DNA from: Thermodesulfobacteriota bacterium
GTDB lineage: Bacteria; Desulfobacterota; Desulfobacteria; Desulfobacterales; SURF-7
DNA: 64,000 nucleotides
Reading direction: 5' to 3'
Assembly (NCBI GenBank): GCA_049320885.1
Contig: JBMORA010000048.1
Span: 11,396 to 75,395 of the forward strand
This document shows positions 1 through 10,028 of this stretch, one piece after another (within the stretch, counting starts at the first letter, position 1; the number at the start of each line of letters is the position of its first letter). Below the pieces are notes generated by a model. That model did no database searches, was not told the origin of the DNA, and saw only the letters and a list, made by a program, of their open reading frames with translations. Position numbers and translations under genes: made by a program.

Positions 1-1084
1 TCAGTTTGCCGCCGGTAACGGTGATCAGACCTTTATCCACCCAGACGACATTCTCCCGCGATTCCTTGGACGGGGCCAGTTTGCCCTCGCTGAGCACCGG
101 CCGGACACCGGCAAGGCAGGCGATGGCTTGTTCCAGGCCGACCCGGAAGGATGGAAAAAACCAGTGCAGCCCTTCCATGAGATACCGGGCCTCGCTCATG
201 GTGGTGGCCGGTTCCTGGTCCAGATCGCTGTCGTGGTCGATATCCGTTGTTCCCAATAGTACCACGCCCTCCCAGGGGGAAATGAAAACCGGCCGCTTGT
301 CCGCCGGATGGAAAAAACTGACCGTATGGGCCACCGGCAAAGCGGAATAGGGAAAAATCAGATGACTGCCCCGCAGGGGTCGCAGATGGAGGTGCTCCCG
401 GGGCGATGGGTGAAGCTTCTCGGCCCAGACTCCGGTGGCATTGACCACCGCGCTGGTGTTGATTTCCACGGAGACACCGGTTTCCGTGTCCTTGAGGGCC
501 AAGCCGGCGACCGCTCCCGCAGCGTTTCGCAGCACCGCCTCTACGGACATATAGTTGACCGCCGTTCCGCCCCGGGCGACGCCTTCCTCGATGAGTCGCA
601 AAACCAGTCGGGCGTCGTCCACCTTGGCGTCCCAGAACCGGAACCCGCCCACCAGATGCTCCTCCTTGATATCAGGGAGCAAGGAACGGAACAATTTGGG
701 ATTCAGATAACTGTGCTGCTTTTCGCTGGCCATCAACCCATAGATGGACAGGCCGATTTCCAGGGAGCGCTTGCCGGGTCCGTGATCGCTGTATACCGGC
801 ACCAGGATTTCCAGCGGCTCCACCAGTCCGGGTGCCTCGTTGAGCAGGCGTTCGCGTTCCCTTACCGAGGTCCGGGTCAACAAAAATTTACCTTCCTTCA
901 AATACCGCAAGCCGCCGTGTACCATCTTCGATGACCGGCTGGAAGTGCCCCAGGCAAAGTCTTTTTTCTCCACCAGCAGCACTTTCAGGCCGCTGCGGAC
1001 CGCTTCCCGGAAAACACCGGCGCCGGTGACGCCGCCGCCGATGATCACCAGATCCCAGTTTGTTTCCATTTGAATGAGTTCCAT
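1..1084 (-). CDS. FAD-dependent glycerol-3-phosphate dehydrogenase/oxidase family protein (runs off the left edge)
   Basis: Absent from ORF track; manual translation from ATG at 1084 gives MELIQMETNWDLVIIGGGVTGAGVFREAVRSGLKVLLVEKKDFAWGTSSRSSKMVHGGLRYL, i.e. Rossmann GxGxxG plus the GlpD/GlpA GTSSRS.K..HGGLRYL motif. Confidence 0.88.
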   Translation of the reverse strand, partial: MELIQMETNWDLVIIGGGVTGAGVFREAVRSGLKVLLVEKKDFAWGTSSRSSKMVHGGLRYLKEGKFLLTRTSVRERERLLNEAPGLVEPLEILVPVYSDHGPGKRSLEIGLSIYGLMASEKQHSYLNPKLFRSLLPDIKEEHLVGGFRFWDAKVDDARLVLRLIEEGVARGGTAVNYMSVEAVLRNAAGAVAGLALKDTETGVSVEINTSAVVNATGVWAEKLHPSPREHLHLRPLRGSHLIFPYSALPVAHTVSFFHPADKRPVFISPWEGVVLLGTTDIDHDSDLDQEPATTMSEARYLMEGLHWFFPSFRVGLEQAIACLAGVRPVLSEGKLAPSKESRENVVWVDKGLITVTGGKL

Positions 1085-1101
1085 ACCCGTTTTCCTTCTT
1101 T

Positions 1102-1806
1102 TTACAATGCCGGTGAGGGCTGGAGATTCAGCCAGATCTCGATGCTTTTTTTCATGACGTCCCGCACCACTGTTTCCACCCGGTCCAGGTCATCCGGCAA
1201 GGCGGCCAGCAAACCGCGATAATAATCGCCGGAGCTCTCCCGGGCGATTTCCAGGCTGAAATATCCGGCGGCCAGACGTTTGTAGATCTGTTCGAAGTCG
1301 TTCAAAATCAGCGGATATACCCGGTTGCGGCACTCCCGAACGAACAGTTCCTGCAGCCGCCAGTCGAACCGCACGAAAGTTCCCGCATCCGCCCGGGGCT
1401 CCGGAGCTTCCCGCAAGTGCTCCATGAGTCTGGCGGCGGCATGTTCGGCCGCCCCCCTGGCGCAGACCGGCAGGATGGTCAACCGTACTTCCAGCAGATT
1501 GGTGATGAAACCATCCGGTATCTGCTCCGCATACCGCGACATGGTGGCCAGCATCCCCAGCCCACCCTGGTTCCAATAGTCGTTCACCAGGGTGGGCTTG
1601 CCGTGCCGAATGGTGATCCAGCCTTCCCGGGCCAGACGCTGCAGGGTTTCCCGCAGGGTAGGCCGGGTAACGCCCAGTTGCCGGGCCAGATCCCGCTCGT
1701 TCGGCAAGGCGGACCCCACCGGAAGGCTCTCGGTCAATATGGCCGTTATCAGGCGATTTTCGGCGAACTGGGTCGGCCTCAGGGGTTGCCCATCGGTCTG
1801 ATTCAT
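1102..1806 (-). CDS. fadR: GntR-family fatty acid metabolism regulator, FadR-like
   Basis: LPNERDLARQLGVTRPTLRETLQRLAREGWITIRHGKPTLVNDYW closely parallels the E. coli FadR wHTH ([31 protein letters not shown]); C-terminal similarity (YPLILN, SIEIW). Confidence 0.8.
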   Translation of the reverse strand: MNQTDGQPLRPTQFAENRLITAILTESLPVGSALPNERDLARQLGVTRPTLRETLQRLAREGWITIRHGKPTLVNDYWNQGGLGMLATMSRYAEQIPDGFITNLLEVRLTILPVCARGAAEHAAARLMEHLREAPEPRADAGTFVRFDWRLQELFVRECRNRVYPLILNDFEQIYKRLAAGYFSLEIARESSGDYYRGLLAALPDDLDRVETVVRDVMKKSIEIWLNLQPSPAL

Positions 1807-1825
1807 GGCATGCGTTTCCTTTCTT

Positions 1826-1847
1826 CTGGTATGAGGTCATACCAGTT
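1826..1847. promoter_or_regulatory. Palindromic FadR/GntR-type operator upstream of fadR
   Basis: Perfect inverted repeat CTGGTATGA-GG-TCATACCAG (1826-1845); 1831-1847 ATGAGGTCATACCAGTT resembles FadR consensus AACTGGTCNGACCAGTT; 20 bp upstream of the fadR start. Confidence 0.65.
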
Positions 1848-1971
1848 GCCATTTTACTTGTCAAATGGAATTTTTTATGGATTCTTTATGCAGTAAACCC
1901 GGATGATCCTGTTGTAAATTCTGGCGAATGGATGTAAAAGAAAACCAAACATTTCGGAATACGGGGGGGCC

Positions 1972-2934
1972 ATGAATCCAAGAATACCATCACACTGCCT
2001 GTTCCTGCTGTCCCTGATCGCCCTGTCAGCCGTGACGATCCCGCCGGGCCGCTCCGACGCCGCCGACCCGCCTCAGTACCAGGAAAAACGCTCCTGCATC
2101 CAGGCCGTGGACGGCTACGCCTATCTTTCGGAAAACATGACCCTGGCGGAAACACGTTCGGCAGCCTTCGCCAATGCCAGACGCCAGGCCCTGGAGGCGG
2201 CCAAAACCTTCATCCGCTCCAAGACCAAGGTGACCAACTTCATGCTGGATTACGACACCATCTGGTCCGACAGCGAAGGCGCGGTGACTGTCATCGAACA
2301 GAAGGACATTGGTATCGAGGACAACAAACGCTACCATGTCTGGATCAAGGCGGATGTGGAGTACGCCCTGAAACCCAAGCAAGGGGCAACCCCGGCCGCG
2401 GCGGCCGAAGGAGACCGGAACGCTCCCCTGACCGTCAAACTCTGGACTCCGGAAAAAAACTACCGGGAAGGCCAGAAAATCGAAATCTTCCTCCAGGGAA
2501 ACCGGGATTTCTACGCCAAGATCGTCGACATCACCTCCAGCGGTGAGATTATTCAACTGCTGCCCAACAATTTTCGCAAAACCAATTTTTTCAAGGCCAA
2601 TGAAATCTATAAAATCCCCAACGAGGAGGATCAGTTCGACATGACCGTGGCCCCACCCTTCGGTCAGGACAAGATCATCGCCTATGTCAGTGAACTACCC
2701 CTGGGTGACGTGGCCATGGAACCCATGGCCCAGGGCGGACTGAACCAGTACCGGGGAACCGAGGAAAGCCTCGGGGTCCAGACCAGGGGCATTTTCCTGG
2801 GCGCCAAAAACGCCTCTCCCGTGAAGCCCGGATCGCCGGCCGGAAAACAATCACCGCCCGACAAACCCGGACAGCAGGAGGTTTCCGGAGTGGAATTTTT
2901 CGAAGCCACCTGGATCGTCAGCACCGGCGAATGA
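1972..2934 (+). CDS. Exported DUF4384-domain protein with N-terminal LPP20/FlgT-N-like region
   Basis: Signal peptide; AFANARRQALEAA N-terminal motif; YREGQKIEIFL...IIQLLPN...YKIP...VAPPFGQDKI is DUF4384-like. Confidence 0.65.
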   Translation: MNPRIPSHCLFLLSLIALSAVTIPPGRSDAADPPQYQEKRSCIQAVDGYAYLSENMTLAETRSAAFANARRQALEAAKTFIRSKTKVTNFMLDYDTIWSDSEGAVTVIEQKDIGIEDNKRYHVWIKADVEYALKPKQGATPAAAAEGDRNAPLTVKLWTPEKNYREGQKIEIFLQGNRDFYAKIVDITSSGEIIQLLPNNFRKTNFFKANEIYKIPNEEDQFDMTVAPPFGQDKIIAYVSELPLGDVAMEPMAQGGLNQYRGTEESLGVQTRGIFLGAKNASPVKPGSPAGKQSPPDKPGQQEVSGVEFFEATWIVSTGE

Positions 2935-3003
2935 GCTTTCCTACCGGGACAGTTCAATATAGGTGGGCGCCAAGATGGAGCTTTTTAGAAAATGATACGA
3001 ACC

Positions 3004-4941
3004 ATGAAAACATCAACCCTGCCGTTCTTCCTCGTCCTGCTTGTCGGACTGTCCGGTTGCTACTACAACGTCAAAATGCCGCCCGTAGCCGATATCCAGA
3101 TTCAACCCCCGGGAACCCCCCTTCCCTCCCGGATGAGCCTGTATCTGTCGCCCCAGCTTAAATCCCATGTCTGGGTGGGCCGGGCCATGAACTTCGAGAC
3201 CAAGGCCTATCGCTTCGAAATTCCCCTTGGGCCCTCCCTGGCCAATGCCTCCCGGGATACCTTTGAAAGCCTGTTCACCCACGTCAGCCTGGTGGACAAA
3301 CCGGAAATCCAGCCCGGCACCGTGGGCCTGATCATCCCCAGCCTCAATTCCTACTACTTCGGCGTTTACGACCGCATCAAGTCCGCCGGCACCCTGCGGT
3401 CCTTCGTTTCCATGAACTGCAAGATCATCGACGGACAGGGGAAAACCGTCTGGGAAGGCAATGTGGAAGGCAGTGGCGAGAGACAAATGACCAACTATTT
3501 CAAACGACCGGCCGAATGGAATGACAACCTGCCCCTGACGAGCCGGGACGCCATCGAGGACTGTTTCCGGAAGCTGGCCGGCCTGGTGGCCGACTCTCCG
3601 CAGGTCAAGGAATATGCAGCCAATCCGCCGCCGGTGGTCAAGCCCGTTGTCCCCCCGCCCCCGCCGCCTCCGCCGCCGCCGGTCATCGAAAAACCCAAGG
3701 AAGCCAGGCTGTATGTCAAGTCCGATCCAGAGGACGCCCGAATCCGCATTCTGAACATCCGGCCGGTGTATCGTCCCGGCATGGAGTTGCCCGGCGGCAG
3801 CTACCACCTGGAAGTATCGAAGCCGGGGTATCAGACCAGAACCGAGTGGATCCGGCTGACGCCGGATGAGGAACGCCATGTGGAGATGGCCCTGGCCAAA
3901 CTCGATTCCCCTCCGGCCGCAGAGCAGGAAGAAGCTCTCCCGGCTCCGAAAGCCCCGGTCAGCGAGCCGGTCAAGACGGCGGCCCCCGCAACGGTGAAAG
4001 CCGAATCTCCGCCCCTGAAAAAAAATCCGCTGCCTGAGACGAAACCGGAGGCACCGCCGCCGGAAACCGCCAAAAACCAACCTCGGGAAGAGGAAAGCAG
4101 CCTGTTTTCATTTCTATCGCCATCGGAAACAAAAGAGGAAGCGCCCCCGCCCCTGCCGGCGCGACAATACTGGGCGGTGGTCATCGGGATTTCCGCTTAC
4201 TCCGACACCCGCATCCCCTCGTTGCGCTATGCCACTGCCGACGCCAGATCGCTCTACAACTGGCTGGTTTCGCCCAAGGGCGGCAAATATCCGCCGCGCA
4301 ACGTGACCCTGCTTCTGGACAGGCAGGCCACCGGACGCAACATCAAAAATGCTCTCTTCAACTGGCTTCGCCAGGCCCTGGAAGAGGATGTGGTGATCAT
4401 TTATTTCGCCGGACACGGGTCGCCGGACACCCCGGACACCCCGGACAACCTCTATCTGCTGCCCTATGACACCCAGTACGACAATATCGCCGCCACCGGC
4501 TTTCCCATGTGGGATATCGAAACCGCCCTGAAACGCTTCATCCACGCCAAAACCGTGGTGGTCGTCGCCGACGCCTGCCACAGTGGCGGTGTGGGCCAGT
4601 CCTTTGATGTGGCCCGGCGGTCGATTCGAGCGCTGGATGTCAACCCCATCGCCGCCCGCCTGGAGCAGTTGTCCGAAATCTCCGGCGGTGTGGCGGTCAT
4701 CAGCGCTTCCGGCGACCGCCAGACTTCCCAGGAGGGCAAACAGTGGGGCGGCGGCCACGGCGTCTTCACCCACTTTTTCATGCAGGGCCTCAACGGCGAT
4801 GCGGACTACAACAACGATCAACGAGTGACCCTGGGGGAACTGATTCCCTATCTCTCGGAGCAGGTACGGCGAGCCACCCGGAGCGCCCAGAGCCCGACGG
4901 TTGCGGGAAAATTCGATCCGGCCTTGTCCATCGGAAGGTGA
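3004..4941 (+). CDS. Lipoprotein with PEGA-like domain, Pro-rich linkers and C-terminal caspase (peptidase C14) domain
   Basis: Lipobox LVGLSGC; LYVKSDPEDARI...GSYHLEVSKPGY (PEGA-like); WAVVIGISAY, YFAGHG (catalytic His), ADACHSG (catalytic Cys), GHGVFTHFF; alternative start at 2992. Confidence 0.85.
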   Translation: MKTSTLPFFLVLLVGLSGCYYNVKMPPVADIQIQPPGTPLPSRMSLYLSPQLKSHVWVGRAMNFETKAYRFEIPLGPSLANASRDTFESLFTHVSLVDKPEIQPGTVGLIIPSLNSYYFGVYDRIKSAGTLRSFVSMNCKIIDGQGKTVWEGNVEGSGERQMTNYFKRPAEWNDNLPLTSRDAIEDCFRKLAGLVADSPQVKEYAANPPPVVKPVVPPPPPPPPPPVIEKPKEARLYVKSDPEDARIRILNIRPVYRPGMELPGGSYHLEVSKPGYQTRTEWIRLTPDEERHVEMALAKLDSPPAAEQEEALPAPKAPVSEPVKTAAPATVKAESPPLKKNPLPETKPEAPPPETAKNQPREEESSLFSFLSPSETKEEAPPPLPARQYWAVVIGISAYSDTRIPSLRYATADARSLYNWLVSPKGGKYPPRNVTLLLDRQATGRNIKNALFNWLRQALEEDVVIIYFAGHGSPDTPDTPDNLYLLPYDTQYDNIAATGFPMWDIETALKRFIHAKTVVVVADACHSGGVGQSFDVARRSIRALDVNPIAARLEQLSEISGGVAVISASGDRQTSQEGKQWGGGHGVFTHFFMQGLNGDADYNNDQRVTLGELIPYLSEQVRRATRSAQSPTVAGKFDPALSIGR

Positions 4942-4950
4942 AAGAAACAA

Positions 4951-4985
4951 CTACGAATTACGAATGTTGAATTACGAATTGAGGA
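4951..4985 (+). repeat. Degenerate heptamer tandem repeat (ttacgaa x5)
   Basis: ctacgaa ttacgaa tgttgaa ttacgaa ttgagga between convergent stop codons. Confidence 0.7.
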
Positions 4986-4998
4986 TAAAAGCCTTTAC

Positions 4999-6543
4999 CT
5001 ATCCGTTTCCGCCCGTCTCCGTCTCATCCAGGTTATTCGCGGCATCGATCTCACTATGTGTCAGGGATAGAACCGCCCGGGCTTGATCCGTGGGCAGCTG
5101 CTCCACGTCCCGCAGCCTTCGTTCCATGGCCCGGGTGCGGCGCGAGGAATCGTCCAGGGTATTGGCCATGGTGTGAATCTGCTTTTTCATTTTTTCCAGC
5201 ACATCCCCAAATTTGGCGAACTCCGTCTTGACCGCCCCCAGGACTGTCCAGACCTCGCCGGCCCTTTTTTCAATGGCCAGGGTCTGAAATCCCACCCGCA
5301 GGCTGTTGAGTACGGCGGAAAGGGTCGTGGGACCCGCCGCCAGTACCCGATATTTCTGCTGCAGCTCGTCATGCAGCCCTGTCTGGCGAAGAATCTCGGC
5401 GTACAGGCCCTCCGTGGGCAAAAAAAGGATACCGAAATCCGTAGTGCGGGGTGGGTTGATGTATTTTTCCTGGATATCCCGGGCCATCCGGGTGACGGCG
5501 CGGCGCAGCTCGGCGGAGGCAGCCTCCACTCCCCCGGCGTCGGCAATCCGCGAGGCTTCCACCAGACGCTCATAGGCTTCCCTGGGAAACTTGGAGTCGA
5601 TGGGCAGCCATACCGGCCGCCCCTGATCCCGCTCCCTTCCCGGCAGTTTGATGGCGAATTCCACGCTCTCCCGGCCCTCCCGGGTATGGACATTGCGTTC
5701 ATACTGGTCGCTGGTAAGGATTTCCGAAAGAATGGCGCCCAGCTGGTACTCGCCCCAGGTGCCACGTTCCTTGACATTGCCCAGCAAGCGTTTCAGGTCC
5801 CCCACACCGGTGGCCAAAGTATGCATTTCCCCCAGCCCCCGCTGCACCGCCTCCAGGCGCTCGCTCACCAGCTTGAAGGACTCGCCGATCCGTTTCTCCA
5901 GGGTGTCGTGCAGCTTCTCGTCCACGGTCCGGCGCATTTCCTCCAGCTTTTTCTCGTTGCTTTCCTGGATCCGGCGGAACTGCTGGTCCAGGATCTCCCG
6001 GGCTTTTTGCTGTTCCTGGTGCTGAACCGTCTCCAGCCCCTTGAGGGCCGCGATCACATCCGATAGATGCCGACGCTGGTCTTCCATGACCTGCCGCAGT
6101 TTCTCGTCCACCGCCTGCCGGACCTTGTCGAAACGCTCCTCGGTAACGGCCCGCATTGCTTCGAGTTTGGTCTCCGTGCCGGACCGGATCTCCCGCAGCT
6201 CCGATTTGGCGCCTTCCGTCAGTTTTTCGATCTCGGCCCGGGTGGCGGCAGCGGCCTCCCTCGTGGCCAGGATCAACCGGTCCATGGTGTCTTTCTGATG
6301 CTGACCCAGGGTGTCGATGGTTCTCACCAGCACCTCATTGGCCCGGGCCTGGACCGAGGCCACCTCCTCCCGCAGCCCCCGGCCCTGTTTTTCCCCGTCC
6401 TCCCGGGCCAGGCGCAGTTCCTCCCGCAGGGTCTTTTCCAGATCCCGGGCAGCCAGCAGCCGAATTTTCATCATGATAAACAGCAGCAGAAACAACACCA
6501 GGGCCACGGCCGCAAGCAGCACCGTTTCAACAATGGTCGGCAT
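4999..6543 (-). CDS. rmuC: DNA recombination protein RmuC
   Basis: N-terminal TM, long coiled coil, NVKERGTWGE, WLPIDSKFP, FLPTEGLYAE, AGPTTL motifs. Confidence 0.92.
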   Translation of the reverse strand: MPTIVETVLLAAVALVLFLLLFIMMKIRLLAARDLEKTLREELRLAREDGEKQGRGLREEVASVQARANEVLVRTIDTLGQHQKDTMDRLILATREAAAATRAEIEKLTEGAKSELREIRSGTETKLEAMRAVTEERFDKVRQAVDEKLRQVMEDQRRHLSDVIAALKGLETVQHQEQQKAREILDQQFRRIQESNEKKLEEMRRTVDEKLHDTLEKRIGESFKLVSERLEAVQRGLGEMHTLATGVGDLKRLLGNVKERGTWGEYQLGAILSEILTSDQYERNVHTREGRESVEFAIKLPGRERDQGRPVWLPIDSKFPREAYERLVEASRIADAGGVEAASAELRRAVTRMARDIQEKYINPPRTTDFGILFLPTEGLYAEILRQTGLHDELQQKYRVLAAGPTTLSAVLNSLRVGFQTLAIEKRAGEVWTVLGAVKTEFAKFGDVLEKMKKQIHTMANTLDDSSRRTRAMERRLRDVEQLPTDQARAVLSLTHSEIDAANNLDETETGGNG

Positions 6544-6614
6544 GTATTCCTCCGGATATATGTTGTACCACAGCCGGTCCGGGCACCATTTTCGGCAAGG
6601 TCTATGGATCCCGT

Positions 6615-7355
6615 CTATGCAAGCGCCGCGGCAACGACGGCTCCGGTCACAGCCGAGTTGAAGTACGGCTCGGGGTCATGCGCGCGGTGTCCGTTGTCGA
6701 TGAGCATTTCCTCGACCCGGGGTCCGAACTTCTCCCGCAGGGAAACCGCTGCGGCTTTGTCGCCGACGGCGCGAATGTTCACCCACCGTTCGACGGCTCC
6801 CGGCCATCGTCCTTTTCCTTCGATCGGGGGGGGATCGAGGTGTTTGAAAATCATCGGCGCTGCAAGCGGCGACCCAAGGGTCACAAACGTGTGTACCCGC
6901 CAGCTCGGATGATTGCACAATGCCATGTAAGAAAGCAGCGTCCCCAATGAATGGGCCACGAGCACACGGGTGTCGTCACCGACCATGGCTTCGGCCCGGG
7001 CGCGCATCCGGACGCGAAGATCGGGTCTGGTGGCCATGATCGTCACCATATCCACAATACGGTCAAAGGCGGCGTCGCTCAGCGCCGTTTCAAGCGCGGC
7101 GATCATGTTGCCGCCCGCGAGGTTCGCCAGGGATTCGGCGATGCCCGCCCGTGATTTCTGGAGCTGGAGATCGGCTTCCGTTTCGGGCTGCCGCCGAAAA
7201 AGATCGCCATAGAAACAGACATCGACATCCCCGTCGGCGATCTCGACATCGTGGTGCCACAGCCCGTCGCGCAGCGCCGGCAGCCAGCGCGCCTTCAATT
7301 CGTGCGGCCCCCAGAACTCATTGAACGCCCCGTGAACCAAAAGGATTCGTGCCAT
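6615..7355 (-). CDS. Putative alpha/beta-fold hydrolase
   Basis: ILLVHG, nucleophile elbow VAHSLG, FVTLGSPL, C-terminal His (AHDP); RBS GGAGG. Confidence 0.65.
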   Translation of the reverse strand: MARILLVHGAFNEFWGPHELKARWLPALRDGLWHHDVEIADGDVDVCFYGDLFRRQPETEADLQLQKSRAGIAESLANLAGGNMIAALETALSDAAFDRIVDMVTIMATRPDLRVRMRARAEAMVGDDTRVLVAHSLGTLLSYMALCNHPSWRVHTFVTLGSPLAAPMIFKHLDPPPIEGKGRWPGAVERWVNIRAVGDKAAAVSLREKFGPRVEEMLIDNGHRAHDPEPYFNSAVTGAVVAAALA

Positions 7356-7572
7356 CATCCCTCCTTTGCATCAACCTTGTTATACGCTACCGCGGACATA
7401 GTATAATTTCCCGGAAACGTAAAGATGTTTCACCAGATGCGCCGGGGAGAACATTTGGTGGTGAAGCCTTGTGGGGCTATGGTGAAATGATCTTGTAAAT
7501 CCTCATCAAATGATGGTAACTAGATAAAGTCGAAAACCCGCCAGCAGATGGAGTTGTATTCGTGGAAGCAGC

Positions 7573-8241
7573 ATGAGACCTATTTTTTTTGTTATGATAT
7601 TATTTGGTTGTACTTTGACTGCTTGTGCCGGCTGGTATAGCAGCAAAGTGGTAGAAATGCGTTTGAAGGCCGAGGCCGGTGATGTGTCATCTCAATTTTA
7701 CCTGGGATTGATGTATGCGGAAGGCCAGGAAGACCTGGAACAGGATTATGCGGAAGCCTTCAAATGGTGGTCCAAGGCCGCCGATCAAGGTGATGAAAAG
7801 GCCCTGTTCAACATCGGGTTGATGTACGACACCGGCAAGGGCATGCCCCAGGATGATTCCAAAGCCGCAGAGTGGTGGCAGCGGTCAGCTGACAAAGGGC
7901 TGGCGGAAGCGCAATACCGTCTCGGACTGCTGTATACCGACGGCAGGGGAGTTCCCCGGGATGAGGAACAGGCCGTTCTGTGGATAACCAAAGCGGCCTC
8001 ACAAGGCCATGCCGCGGCCCAATTCAATCTAGGGCTGAAATACTATGAAGGCAAGGGAGTGGTCCAGGATGATGCCGAAGCCGTCAAATGGTGGACCAAG
8101 GCGGCTGAACACGGAGATGCCAAGGCCCAATTCAGGCTTGGATTCATGTATGATACCGGTAAGGGCGTACCCCAGCAAGATCCGAAGGAGGCCTCCAGGT
8201 GGTACCAAAGGGCTTCAAAAAATGTATTCAGAGCCAGATAA
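7573..8241 (+). CDS. Sel1-like repeat lipoprotein
   Basis: Lipobox LTAC; five repeats of AQFNLGLMY..G.GV.QD..EA.KWW.KAA.QG. Confidence 0.9.
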   Translation: MRPIFFVMILFGCTLTACAGWYSSKVVEMRLKAEAGDVSSQFYLGLMYAEGQEDLEQDYAEAFKWWSKAADQGDEKALFNIGLMYDTGKGMPQDDSKAAEWWQRSADKGLAEAQYRLGLLYTDGRGVPRDEEQAVLWITKAASQGHAAAQFNLGLKYYEGKGVVQDDAEAVKWWTKAAEHGDAKAQFRLGFMYDTGKGVPQQDPKEASRWYQRASKNVFRAR

Positions 8242-8398
8242 CGCCTTGTAGGGCCGGCATTCCCCCGATGGTTGATCCTCGCGTCCGCCCCTTCCCTGAC
8301 ATCTAATTCCATGAACATCGAACGTAAACGCTCCGCCACGCATCGGTCCTGCCTATCTTGACTTCCCGTTTCCGGGGGTTCTCTTTTTCTTTAAATTC

Positions 8399-8427
8399 TT
8401 GACATTTAATTAATATTAATATAAATT
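8399..8427 (+). promoter_or_regulatory. Probable sigma70 promoter
   Basis: TTGACA-17 bp-TAAATT in an AT-rich stretch containing palindrome ATTAATATTAAT. Confidence 0.5.
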
Positions 8428-8622
8428 TCAAATAGTAAAAAGGCTTCCAAATCTCTTTTGACGAAAATTCGTCCGTTCACACTTGCTCTTTTCTTCTCTG
8501 ACCCGGGCTCCGGACAAAACGATATGGCGCTTATCGCACCTTTACCCCGGCGATTCGCGCCTTGGTTTATAAAGTAATGAAACGCTGTCCCATTCCACCT
8601 CATTTTGAAAGGAGGCGTCACC

Positions 8623-9924
8623 ATGCAGGCTCATTTTTTCACGCGGATACAGAAAAAATGCTTTTTTATGGTAATGATGACCGCCCTGCTCGGCCTATTA
8701 TCCGTGCAAGGCGCAACCGCGGAGATCGCCAAAATCGGATTGAACTACCCGAAAACCGGGCCTTACTCGGTGGAGGGCCTGGATCAATTCCGCGCCGCGG
8801 AGCTGGCTGCCGAGGAAATCAATGCCGCCGGAGGAATTCTCGGCCAACAAATTGAAATCGTATGGCGCGATTCCCAGTCGAAACCCGATGTCACAACAAC
8901 CAATGTAACCGAACTGATCGATAAGGAAGGCGTCAAGATGGTTTTCGGTGGTTCCGCCAGCAGCGTAGCCATCGCCGCCGGCAAGGTCTGCCGGGAAAAA
9001 GGCCGCATTTTTTTTGGGACCCTGACCTATTCCACGGAAACCACCGGCGAGGAAGGCCACCGCTACATTTTCCGCGAGTGCTACGATGCCTGGATGGGCG
9101 CCAAAGCCCTTTCTTCCTATATGAAAGAACAATTTGCGGGTAAAAAGTATTTCTATATAACGGCGGATTACACCTGGGGATGGACCACCGAGGCGGCGGT
9201 CCGGAAATTCAGCAACACCGAAGACAAATCCATGCACAAAGGAATGTTGACGCCGTTTCCCACCGCCACGGAAGAGGATTTCAAAAAAGCCATCGCCTTC
9301 GCGAAAATGGTCAAGCCGGATGTGCTGGTACTGGTGCTTTTCGGAAAGGACATGACCACGGCGGTGAGGATCGCGACGACCATGGGGTTGAAAAAGGACA
9401 TGCAGATCATCGTACCGAATATCACGCTGGGAATGGCCGAAGGGGGCGGCGCCAAGGTGATGGAGGGCGTTATCGGCGCCCTGCCCTGGGACTGGAAAGT
9501 TCCGTATCAGTACAATTACACCCGGGGCATTCAATTCGTCGAGAAATTCGCCGCCAAATACAACCGCTACCCCAGTACTTCCGGTGCTTCGGCCTACACC
9601 ATCCTCTACGAATACAAGGCCGCCGTTGAACGGGCAGGCACCTTCGACACGCCCGCCGTGATCAAGGCCCTGGAAGGACATGAATATACCTTGCTGAAGG
9701 ACAAGCAGATCTGGCGTGATTTCGATCACCAGTCCGTCCAGACGGTTTATGCCGTGCGCTGCAATCCGGAAGAGATTGTCAACAAGGATAAGTTCAAACT
9801 GGACTATTTCGAAATCCTGAGTTCCATGCCCGGGTCCGAAGCGGTAAAAACCCGTGAAGAATGGAATGCAGCGCGCATTGCAGCCGGCAAGCCCACAACC
9901 CTGGAAAAGCTTCCGGGAGAATGA
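8623..9924 (+). CDS. Periplasmic substrate-binding protein, branched-chain amino acid/amide (LivJ/AmiC-like) family
   Basis: RBS GGAGG at 8611; signal peptide; [13 protein letters not shown]...[13 protein letters not shown]...[14 protein letters not shown]. Confidence 0.85.
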   Translation: MQAHFFTRIQKKCFFMVMMTALLGLLSVQGATAEIAKIGLNYPKTGPYSVEGLDQFRAAELAAEEINAAGGILGQQIEIVWRDSQSKPDVTTTNVTELIDKEGVKMVFGGSASSVAIAAGKVCREKGRIFFGTLTYSTETTGEEGHRYIFRECYDAWMGAKALSSYMKEQFAGKKYFYITADYTWGWTTEAAVRKFSNTEDKSMHKGMLTPFPTATEEDFKKAIAFAKMVKPDVLVLVLFGKDMTTAVRIATTMGLKKDMQIIVPNITLGMAEGGGAKVMEGVIGALPWDWKVPYQYNYTRGIQFVEKFAAKYNRYPSTSGASAYTILYEYKAAVERAGTFDTPAVIKALEGHEYTLLKDKQIWRDFDHQSVQTVYAVRCNPEEIVNKDKFKLDYFEILSSMPGSEAVKTREEWNAARIAAGKPTTLEKLPGE

Positions 9925-10028
9925 ACGAAACACCGTCTCGACGGTCCTTGACCGCCGGGGAACCGGTATTGAATTCGCCGACTAACCGGCGGTTCGCGAA
10001 ACCTAAACCGCAAAATGGGAGAAATCCG

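Noticed and set aside
3625..3681. ccg-rich low-complexity run
   Set aside because: Encodes the poly-proline linker of the caspase lipoprotein
7680..8215. Roughly 108-bp periodic repeats
   Set aside because: Explained by Sel1 protein repeats; no constant repeat with unique spacers, so not CRISPR
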